Part shown: positions 49,919 to 60,681 of the stretch, piece by piece | Layout: every line of letters starts with the position of its first letter | Numbering within the stretch: the stretch's first letter is position 1 | From: Plasmodiophora brassicae | Taxonomy: Eukaryota | DNA: 64,000 nt | Reading direction: 5' to 3' | Assembly (NCBI GenBank): GCA_036867785.1 | Contig: CP145414.1 | Location: 558,001-622,000, forward strand | Made by a program: the position numbers and the translations under genes | The notes under the pieces: generated by a model | Database searches by the model: none | Told to the model about the DNA's origin: nothing | Seen by the model: only the letters and a program-made list of their open reading frames with translations

Positions 49919-50784
49919 CGGGACGTCAGGCCCAGACGCCGCCCCTCAGGTCAAGGACGAGAGCCGACTTTGATCGTCGCCCCAAAAAATGATCGCTTTC
50001 ACGTTCAGGCGAAACGGTTACGATACCGTACACTGACGCGGTCCCTGGGGCCGAGAGCGGACTGTCGACGAGGCGGGACCGATATTTGTTTTGCGAACGC
50101 TTGCTTACAACCGTGCAGGAGATCGCGTTGCAATTGTTTAATAAGTACCTATTGTCGGTCTTCAGTGGTTTACGCTTTCGTCGCAGGCGTCTCGGTTGCG
50201 GGACCTATGTAGGTTAATTGCAAGGGACCAGCCTGGCTGAGTGGTCCCAGGGCGACTCGGGGGCGATCAGGCCAGTGACACCGCGAACGTGAAGGTGTAT
50301 GCATGGAGTGGAAGCGTTTCTAACCGGCCGGAAGATGACGGCCGCTCCTTGCTTGTTTGGTATGCTATCAATACCTGTCGCTGATGTTGAGCGTTCCAGT
50401 TGTGCGTCAAAAATCCTGGGACAGTTGTTCCGGGCGAGGCCGGCTCCCGTTGACGGGGACTTAAAGATCGGTTACTTTGACCGGGTTCGGTCCCAGGGAC
50501 GAAGTGGGCCAAACAAGAGGCATTTCATGTTCAATCACGATCGGAGACCGGGTCTAACGGCCAGTGCCCACCGCGTTGGTACATCACTCACTTCTTAACA
50601 GGGTGCATTGCGTATCCGGGCACCCGCACCTCTGGAGTTGTAATTGGCATGTCCTGGGGACGTCATTGCCGTTGCGCTACTGGCCCGCACCTGCCCTCGG
50701 GTCAATGGATAAACAGGTACAGATCTAGGATTCTGTTAGATTGCAAACAGAGTCTCCGAGAAGTGTCCAACGGTTTAGAAACTA

Positions 50785-53700
50785 CTACTTCTTCTTCTTC
50801 TTCTTAGTACTCGCCGCGTCCTCACCACTACCAGATGCCCCAGCAGCGGCGGCGGCTGCTGCCTGCAATGCTTTCCTTTGCTTCACGCCTGTGATGTCTT
50901 CAGTGAAGTCCACTAGGCGCGCGTGCATATCCTTGAACGTGTAGGGCATTTTCGATAACACCGTTATGAAATCTTCAATGACGATCCCGCTCTTCCCGGG
51001 ATCGGTGATCTTCCGCAACGTTCACCCTTAGTGGCCGGAAGACTGTGTTGCTAGAAGAACGTCCTACCTTTGCAACGCGGCGTGGCGGAAGGACAGCCTG
51101 GACGGCTGCCTGGATACTGCCGGCGGTGTATCCTTGCGATATGTATGCAAGCGTGCCGATCTCGAACTTGCGCCGCGATTGGATTAGGGCGTACACATTG
51201 ACGCCCGCATTCGTGATGAATGTTTTCCACAACCTCAACCGGGTCGCATAGTCGGGGAATGGACAGAAAATCATCTTCCCGTTGGACTTAAAGAAGGATT
51301 TTAGCTCGCCGTCATCCACACCGTCTGCTGTAGGATCCACCGTGTTCCCTGATAACAGATCAGGTTTACGGACGCTTACAGAACAAGAAACAGGCCACAC
51401 CGATGATGAGAACGCGGTCCTTTGCTGTTAGGGAATCCCGATGTGCCAGGAAGTCCTTCTTTATCCTCTGTAATTCATCGCCTCCTGCGCTCGCTTCGGC
51501 CTTCTTCTTACTAACAACAGCGAACAACTTTTCGATGTGATCAATGTAGATGACTGAAGGCGCCGATTGCTTAGCGACGTGAAACACCATGTGTACCAAG
51601 CGGGACACTTCCTGTTAACATCATTTGCGTCACGTTTCGGATATTGGGAATCCCGTCCAATAGACGGACCTGTTTCGTCGTGCCGAGTTTCTTCTCTAGT
51701 GCACTTGCAGACAAGTCGAACCACATTGCATTCGTGTGGTATGCAATAGCCTAGACGGGGTTAAACGCATCCCGTCATGACTCATGATGGGGCGTACCCT
51801 GGAGAGCATTGTCTTGCCGGACCCCGGTGGCCCATAAAACAGGACGGCGTTGCACAACGGCGAGTTCTCTTTGACGTACTGGCTACCGAGTGGCAAGATG
51901 CAGGACTCGACGACAGTCGACCGAATCTGCGCCAGCGATGGATCAAGCCGGACACTGGCAGATTCGTACTCGTGTCCTGCATCGTTACCGTAAACGAAAC
52001 GTCGAACGATGAGACAAAACAACCGCCTGACTAACCGAGGTAGTTGAAATCGACAATGAACTGATCCAATGTTTTGACGCCGTCGTTCGGGATCCGCTTC
52101 ACGATACCCAGCCGGACGAGCTCGTCAATGCACTGTGCAATGGATTGGTCCCCGAGCAGCTTCTCGCCGTCACAGCATTTCTTGGCTTTCGCGGCTCCGT
52201 CTCCTTTCTTGCTCGACTTGCCTTTCTTACCACCCTGCACGCAGCAGGATTACCATTCACACGCAATCATGGGATACGATAACCAATGGGACGTACTTTG
52301 CCCTTCTTTGCCGCTCCCTTCTTGCCCTTCTTGCCGGATTTCTTGCTCTCCTCGGCCATCCTGATCTGGATCTGGAGTTTCAGGTTCTCCAGCACTGACA
52401 TAAGCTGCTCGTCGACTGTCTTCCGAATTGATTCGACGACATCGGGCATGACCTGGCAGTAGGGACCCTGTTAGCATGTTGCTCACAGGCAACAATCATT
52501 CAGCCGACCTTTTGCACGGCCAGATCGTGATCGAACGTCTGCTTGAAATTATTGGATTCGTCGAGTTTTGCCCAGACGTCCGTATACTTCTTGACGCATC
52601 GGAAGAGATCGCCGACGATGGCGGTCGGTCCGATCAGGACTGAATTCGGAATCGTCTCCGGCACCTCCGATACGTCGCCTTTGGCATCTTTCTTCGAATC
52701 CTTCTTTGCGTCCTTCTTATCCTTCTTCCCATCGCCCTTACCCTTCTTACCCTTAGGCTCTTCCTATCGATACGCGGCTTCAGGATGCAAGCTGTATGCC
52801 ACAGACAAATTGAGGAGACAGTACCTGTTCGGCAGCTGGCTGCTCGGTGACTGGCGGCGGGTTCTTCATCTGGTAGAATTCGTCAAAGTTCTCGTGCTCA
52901 ATGCCTGTGCGTTCTTTCTGCTGGATCCACCATTCGTATCGCTCAATCCACATCTTCTCCCGGAACTCGGGCCCGTTAACGTTTTCCACTGTACACAACA
53001 CCCGAATAAGTGCCTGCGCCTATTGATCGCCGTATTTACGCCACCATGTTTCTTGACCGACTCGAGCTGGTCAACGTAATCGTTCTCATTGTCCTTGCGT
53101 AACTGGCGGCGCAGGGAGCGAACATCCGAGCACGTTCTCATGGTTCGATCATGGGCGACGTCCTCGGGACTATCGATGCCATTGCCAGTACTTCTGCTCG
53201 GGACCATGCCCAGAAACCTCAGCTCGCGCGCGTTCTCAGCTCGCGTTCGAATACGGGCGAGCATCCCCCGGAACCAACGCTGCAAGGTCAGGACGGCCGA
53301 TACCTGACGAAATTGTCACATTGATGTCAGGAGGATCCCCGGTTAGTGCCTACCGGATCGATTTCGCCCGTCTTGACGATCTTTCGCTTCTTGAGGTCGT
53401 CCGCCAGCGCTTTCACCATTCGACCACGGCACCGACCTTGTCGCCCGCGTTCGTTCTTCTGGATGATCCGAATCGCGTCGTCCAGCGTCATTGACGGCAT
53501 TGCAATCTAGACCAGAGGTCAGTCATGCGCGGACCCGTTATGGCATCTGATGGGCGAACCTCGACGGGCTGTGTCACTTCCTCAGGCGTGTCGGTCAGCC
53601 CATACTGCTCCATGGCGGCGTCCACGAAATCTGCAGGCAAGTTCAGACCGGCCAGGAACGTCACCCCATCTGGCAACAACTTACTCCGAGCTTCGACGAG

Positions 53701-54258
53701 ATTCGGCGCGTCGTTCAGTTCCCGGAAGAATGCCGGTACTGGAAGTTCGAGGTCGTAGGGCGTCATCTTTAGCTCGTCGATGACGGCGTCCAAGTGGACG
53801 TAATCGCTGCCGGGCGTGAACCCATCAAACATCGACAGGCTTTTCTTGACCTAACGCAGCCATGTCAAACCACGCGGTCATCGGTACGTATCGCCACGAA
53901 CCTGAAGTAGGCGGGTCATGGTCGCGTCCAACGCGATCCTAATGTCACGACGTTTCTGCGGGTGCACCTGACGGGAATGTTAAGCGTCCGCTCAGAGACC
54001 GGCATACCGCCGACACATTACGATCTGATCGTAGCAGGCCTGGATGTCCTTGAAAACCTGAACGTAGCGAATATAGAGCATGCCGAAATGCCTGAAAGCC
54101 GCCTCCCGAGTGATCGTGGTCGCAGCGCCCGCCACCGGCGGCGCCGGGATCGGCGTGCCGTTATCATCAAACCCGCCGTCCGGGTTCTCGATGAACACCA
54201 GATCGGACAGCTGCTCCATGGCGGACTGCCATTTCCTGTCGTACATGGAATGCGACAT
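50785..54258 (-). CDS. IQCA1: IQ and AAA domain-containing protein (dynein regulatory complex subunit 11)
   Basis: MSHSMYDRKW...LYIRY...CYDQIV|HPQKRR, IQ motif LQRWFRGMLAR, Lys-rich linker, YGPPGSGKT, PSVIYID. Confidence 0.9.
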
Positions 54259-54408
54259 CGCGTCGTCGCCGACAAATGTGATTACGACCAGATCGACCCA
54301 GGGTACCCTTGGTTCCCATAAACGACAAGGTTACCCGTGTGCCAAGTAGATCGTAAAACATGGGTTTCTGGCGAGAGGAACACACGTCACGTTGAACGGC
54401 ATAAGAAG

Positions 54409-55392
54409 TCATATCTGTTCGAAAGTGATGACCACCTTTCCCATCGGGTGCCCGTAGGACAGATGGTTGATGGCAGCGGGTACGTCACCGAACTTGAACA
54501 CACGATCGATGACGGGTCGGACACGGCCGCTTTCCAGAGCCGGGAGCAGGCGCTCCAACTCGGATCGTCGTCCGGTGCGGGCCGCGATGCTGGTCACACC
54601 CGCGCCGCTGCTTGTGGTGCTGACAATCGGACTGCCTTTGGCCATCGTCGCCAACTGTCGGCCCTCATGCGTGCAATCCAGGACACAGGTGACCGACGAC
54701 GGCAACGCCTGCATCGGGACGTCGCTGTGCAGAATCGTGACGTGATCAGCGCCAAGACGCCTGCAGAACTCGGCCTGCGCTTCAGTGTGCACTGTAACGC
54801 GAACGGTGTCAGCCTCGTACACTGCTTTGGCGATCTGGATGGCGATGGACCCGACGCCGCCAGCGCCGCCTGTAATCAGGACGTCACCTCCTCGATGGAG
54901 ACGCCCGGCGTCGAAAGCTTGAACCACCGTCGTGCCCACCAATGCCGTCGATGCCGCTTCCGCGAACGACAAATTGTCAGGCATCCGGGTGCATTGCCCC
55001 ACGTTCACAACAACGTATTCCTGAAGTGATCCGCTGTCGTCGAAAGAACGCCCAGACGGGTGCACGCACCCGAATCTGCCGAATCAAACGAACCTCAACA
55101 ACTCGTGCGCATTCCATCCTGCTTCCCGACCGTACACGTGATCGCCGCGCTCCCACGAACACTCACGTCGAGCGTCGGGAAGCCGTTCGACAGTACCAGC
55201 GAAATCGTACCCGATTGTGTGCGGGAACGGGCCCTCCTCGAGCCGGTACACATCAATGGGGTTCAGCGCCGCGGCACGCACCCGAACCTGGACCTGGTCG
55301 CCGTCTAACCGCATCGGCACGCGCACCCGATTGCAGGCGATCGTGTCGCGAGCGCCGGGCGAATGCGGGCACACCGACTGCCACGCCCGCAT
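54409..55392 (-). CDS. Zinc-independent MDR-family NADPH:quinone oxidoreductase-like protein
   Basis: VRAAALNPID, GYDFAGTV, GSLQEY, GGAGGVGSIAIQIAK, VRPVIDRVF, GKVVI. One intron. Confidence 0.88.
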
Positions 55393-55611
55393 CACGTTGA
55401 CAGCACGTCACGCCCCGCTGCCGTGCGACAACGATGTTGTCCAAATGTGGCAGTCGCTCTAAATGGTGAATGGCGATGAATCGCGCGCAACTTCCCACGA
55501 ACGTTGGCGACGGCTGCGAATAGGCTATACGGTACGATTGCGGAAGCGGTATCCCACTGGTGAACACAGTAGAGCGGTACATCGTGTTCAATTATCGGAC
55601 CGCACGCGTGA

Positions 55612-56049
55612 TTAGAATGGGATGGGTTCCCGGCCCGAGTTGATTTCGGACTCGAACGCGGCGATCCAGTCGGATTTGATCTGGTCGGAGGCGGCGCGAA
55701 AGCACAGGCATCGTCTGTGCTCCGGGGCGTCCACGTACACCCTGTTGAGCTTATGGTGCTCGACATCGTCCGGTTTGGTGCGAACGGAGGCATTCCGGAG
55801 GGAGACCCAAGAGTCGGCGTGCTTCTCCGCCAGGGCTTTCAGGTTCGCGATCGACAGGTCCCGCACGAACAGCCGGCACTTCTTGTCGTTCTTGAAGAAG
55901 AACGTATGCCCGTTGAAGATGGCGACCGTCATCGGGGTCCACGTCGGCACCAGCATGCGACGCGACTTTACCAGCAGCGTGCCCTGCTTCGTTACCGGAA
56001 GTTTCTTCGTTCGCGCGTCGGCGACGTGAATTCCCAGTGACCCTTCCAT
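55612..56049 (-). CDS. Stand-alone PH-domain protein (145 aa)
   Basis: KQGTLLVKS...W...; C-terminal helix FRAASDQIKSDWIAAFE with the conserved Trp. Confidence 0.75.
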   Translation of the reverse strand: MEGSLGIHVADARTKKLPVTKQGTLLVKSRRMLVPTWTPMTVAIFNGHTFFFKNDKKCRLFVRDLSIANLKALAEKHADSWVSLRNASVRTKPDDVEHHKLNRVYVDAPEHRRCLCFRAASDQIKSDWIAAFESEINSGREPIPF

Positions 56050-56286
56050 AGCTGTATCCTTCGTTCGCGTCAGCTCTCACCCTTTCTCGTTCGCTCCGGC
56101 AGAGCGACGCAACGAATTTGGTCTGCGGCGGAAGCGGGAATGCAAGCTGAGCTAATTCCGGTACCTGCGTGTTCGAATCGAAATAGGTATCCGGATTTGG
56201 AACGGCCGGAACATCATTATCCCGCCCAACCCCATGTCGAGGAGGCCCTTCTGCCTCACGGGGGCAGTCACACGAAGAGTATCTGT

Positions 56287-57262
56287 ATGGTGCGGGGTGA
56301 CGAGCTGACCGTCGTGAAGCTGTCGAGGGATGTGGCCGATCCAGTCAGCGTCAGGGCGATGTCAATGCTGATCGAGCAGTTCAACCAGCGGGAACTGCTA
56401 ACGCTGGCGGCGGGTGGCCACACGCTGGAGGAGACAAGGCGAATGGTCACCGCCGGGTACTGGCATCAGATGACGTCGCACAGCGCGGCGATGATCAGGC
56501 CTACCGATGGCGCCGTCGTCTGTGCTGCCGTCTGCATACCGTTTACACCGCTGCGGGTCCATGTTGTCAAGAGGATCGTCACGGCGTTACGAGGCGGGTG
56601 CATGGATGACCTTGCCGACCTCCCTCAGGGCCTAGTTCAGTACGTATGCGCGGATAGGCACCCGGAAGTTCTCTGGTTCCTGGCCGAGTGTGATGAGGTA
56701 CGTTGGTGTGCTCTGTTCCTCAGACGTATGTCTAAGACGGGATATGAACAGGCTGTGAGCAACTTGGCGCGACTCGATGATGGACCGCAAAGGTCGATGG
56801 CGTCGAAGCTGGCAGCATACTCTGTCCAATCTGGGGGCGGATGCACCTTGGTTGAGGAAATCGCCCTCATCGCCTCTGCCCCTGATTCGCCCAGAGGGGC
56901 GATGACTTCTCTCGTGTCGCACATCCTGAAGGACATGTGGACAGATGGCGTCAGGATGGTGAGCACAGTTTGGCGTTCCCTTATGCGGCCACTTCGTAAC
57001 CATCTCGCAGGCGATTGGGCACTACAGCAACCTGTCGGTGGGGCTGGCCGTCCGCACAGGAGGCGTCGAGCTCGCCTCGGTCAAGTACTGCGATTCCGAG
57101 GCACTGAAACGATACCCGGGCGAGCCACCGGACAGCGATCGCATCGAGAAGCACATAAAGACGCCGGTTCCTACAGGCCGCCAAGGCCCACCCGCCGAAT
57201 TCTTCGTCGCACACGATCTCGATTACCTCTCTGCTCGCTACGACTGGCACTCCCACAGATAG
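56287..57262 (+). CDS. GNAT-fold protein (insect AANAT/dopamine N-acetyltransferase-like topology)
   Basis: EQFNQRELLT, GAVVCAAVC, IALIASAP..RGAMTSLV..L...GVRM|AIGHYSN.S...GG.EL. Two introns; the acetyl-CoA motif is degenerate. Confidence 0.45.
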
Positions 57263-57301
57263 ACGCGCGATCCCCGAATTCAATTGAGCCCATGTTGGAT
57301 A

Positions 57302-59019
57302 CTACTGCACGTAGTGCCCGAGGTACTGGTACGCGAAATACTGAATCCATGCAAGCCATGTTTAGATCTGGGCACCGGTGAGAAACCGATCGAACGCACC
57401 TGATATCCCACCCAGTTCAGTGCAGGATGCGCTGAGTGGCTCCAGGCAGTATACGACGAATTGAAGGCAGATTCTGCCGGTGCTAAGCCATGAGCGGCGA
57501 ACCAATCGCCGCTGAAGCAGTTGACCCCGGGCGTGCATGGCGTCGTCGGGTAGGTGCACCCATCGCAGTACCATTTGCCTTCGCCGCTGTAGATGGGGAT
57601 GATCTCGAGCGGCACGCCCGCCGTGGCGAACGATTGCAACCGGTTGTTCATGTAGGAGAACGCGTTGACCGGGTTGGAGACGTACGCGTGCAGGTAGACC
57701 CGATCGACGTTGTTCGCGATTTCAGCAGCGGCGACCGTTTGGTTCGGCGGGGCGTTTGTCAGCCATCCCAGATAGGTGCCGACTTTCAGCCTGGTCCCGT
57801 TCGCGGCGCCCGGTATGCTCGCCGTTCCTCTCAGGGCTTTGATATCGGACAGGTATCTGGCGAACGCGGACGCCTCCGTCTCCCCGGACGGGTTCCAGAA
57901 CTCAAACTCGGTGATGAGGCCATTGAAACGCGTCGACGAGTAGTTGGGGTTCGTCTGGTACCCATACAACGCATCGCGATCGGTACTGAACCCACCGTCG
58001 CCAATGATTCCGTTGAATTCCGACACGCCACAGGCGTTCGCCGCCGTCATGAACTCAGACAGCGTTGCCGTCAGCGACGAGTCGCGAAACACGGTGTTCA
58101 GGTTGTACATCGCCAGCGAATTGATACGCTGGTCGACGACGAACGCGAGCAGCGCGTACTGTTTGTCCCTGGACTGGCAGATCATGTCGTACTGGTCGCC
58201 CAGCGTCGACGCTCTACAGAAACTAACGTACAGGCCGCGGACAACGTCGGGAAACGATCTCGCGACCCGCCCAGCGGTGGCATTCAACACGGGGCACGAT
58301 GGCGTGATCGCCACCGTTATTCCCGACGATGCCTGACGCTGGCCCGTCGAAGCCTTTGGTTTCAGTGTCGGAGCGGGCGTTGGTGATGGCGACGGATTCG
58401 GCGCCGGTGAGGGTGTGCGTCGAGTACTAGTACGAGGTCGTGCCGGATTCGGCCTTGGTGACGGCGTGAGGCCTGGCACGGACGACCGGATCGTGTTAGG
58501 CATCGGCGATGGCGTCGGACTGGGCGTTGGAGACGCGGGTGGATGCGGTGTGCCATGGCGTGACGTTGCATGTGGGGTACCGTTCGTGCGGGTTGTTGTG
58601 CGATAGCTGCTGGGCACGCTCGCCGGGTGGGCATCCGACGTACTCGTCATTCGTCGTCGAGGAACCGGGGTGGGCGTGGACGACGTCTTTAGGATCCACG
58701 TCGTGCCGGTACGACGATAGCGTTGCAGGGCGGAGGGCATTGTCGTCGTCGTCGACGGGCGTGTCGCCGGCGGCGGTCGCGGTTGCCGGGATGCCCATCG
58801 CGGCACGACAGCAAAGGCCTCCTCAAACGTCACGTGGAACGCCACCATCGTTAGCGACGCTGCCGCGATGATGGTGGCAACGACAGCGACGACCGTCGGC
58901 AACGAACAAGACGGCCGTCGAGCGGTCGCCGATCGCCCGAGGCGGGCGCCGCCCTCGACAACGCCCAGGTCATCGATCGTGCCCAGGTCGGCGCTGCCGT
59001 CGGCGACGCCCCGCCTCAT
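57302..59019 (-). CDS. Type II membrane protein: TM, Pro/Thr-rich stalk, C-terminal TIM-barrel glycoside-hydrolase-like domain
   Basis: TM VVAVVATIIAAASLTMVAF; (PS/PT)n stalk; RGLYV...INSLAMYNL...FNGLITEFEFWN...TYLGW...VDRVYLHAY. Intron 57341-57399 gives the end VGYQYFAYQYLGHYVQ*. Confidence 0.7.
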
Positions 59020-59113
59020 CGACCCGCCTCCATGTGGAAGGTACCCGAATCGATTCTATCGCGCCAGGCGCGGGCCTGGAACGGAGTTGCGCGACGTCGT
59101 CGTCGTCGTCGTC

Positions 59114-60536
59114 ATGGTGGCGCACGACGTGACGCTGGAGCGCCTGGGCCAGGTCCTGCCGGACGTGCCCGCCGACGACGTCGACGCTGCCGCTGCGGCG
59201 ATCACGCGGGGCGACGTGGACGGCAGGGTCGTCGACGGCGCCCTGACGGATCGGTTCGTCGCGAACGTCAGCGACGGCGGCCACACGCGCCTGATCGTCG
59301 CGCTGATGCGCCACCTGGAGCGGGTCCTGGAGCGATCGCCGGGTCTGCTGCGGTGGGTTCGCGATGCCGCTGGCGCTGCTGAGAACGAACATGTCGCAGA
59401 GGATAGCGATCGTCTGACGATGCTGATATCGCAAGCGTGGTCGTCGGCCTGTCTGGCGAAGCAGTCGACACGCGGCATTGCTGAGCGCCTGGCGAGAATC
59501 GTCGCGATGGCGCCCGACCGAGTGAGGCTGGCGGTGCGGTTTCGAGGCCTGCATCTGCTACAAGCGATGCTCGTCGAAGATATCGCACAGGTGGGTACAG
59601 TCCTGGGCGGTCTCCCCAAGGACATGCGGCTGTCGCTGCTCGCGAACCTGTATCGGATGGCATGCGCATCGTCGATGGTGATCGTGCGTAATGGCCAAAC
59701 GTCTGTAGGTGTGTGGCAACGGATCCCCGCCCCACGTTCAGACAGCGCCTGTGGGACTGTGTGCGCTCACAGTTCCGAGATATCGTTGCACCGTCTGTTC
59801 CTGAGCAGGTAGGCCCGTCGTAGACACCGTGTAATGGTTATTGTATAACGTTTCCAAAGGAAGCGTGCGAAGTAATCGCATTCTTCGTCAAGGAGGCACG
59901 AGGTGCCGACCGGGAGAACGTCGTATCGCCGGTGTTGATTCAGGTGCGCCGCGATCATTCCCGGTCGTACGCGACCCGTTCTCATGTGTCCGGATTGACA
60001 GACTGGTACCTGGCGATGCCTATGCGGTCTGAGTTCCGACGCCCTAACCGCGCCAGCGTACTCGGCTGTGATTGCATGTGTATCGCGCAGGTCAGCGACT
60101 GCCACGCCTGTCGACCGTTGTTGCACCTAAATAGTCGCTGCTTGTCTTGTCCAGTCCGTCCCTGGCGGCGTACTATGGCAGGGCGGTCCGCGTGCCTGCT
60201 CGTGTCTCCACACCGGAACAAGTCGCCATACTAGTTGCCGTATCACTCATGTCACCGTCGCCGGATCCGCTTTGGCATTCCGCTGCCAAGTCAGCGTGGG
60301 TTTCACTGTTGTCAACGGCCCATGTGTCTCCTGGTCCGTCCATCACTGTCCTCGAGCACGTCTCCTCCATCGCCGGGTTCACTTCCTCTGTGTACGGTGA
60401 CGACCTTCGTGCCTTAAAGGATGCGCTCGGGACAAGCGTCATAGACGTCGAAGATTGCCCAAAAGCAAAGGCAGTAGCGCGCCTGCGACCTGCGATTCGG
60501 AAGGCGCTCAAACCGGCGAATGTCAAGTCCGACTAA
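59114..60536 (+). CDS. Hypothetical alpha-helical (ARM/HEAT-like?) protein
   Basis: Leu/Ala-rich helical exons in ORFs 58868 and 60147, separated by intron-like segments. Confidence 0.5.
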
Positions 60537-60681
60537 ACGAGATACCTCATACTCGGTTCGGTGAGCGTCATGATGTAGGACGCCGAGCTCGTGTCGGCTA
60601 GTGAAAATCTGCTCAGTTGGCTGTGGCACGCACCAACCAGAGTGACGAAGATCGCGCCACCAACGTGTATACGGGTTGGCG

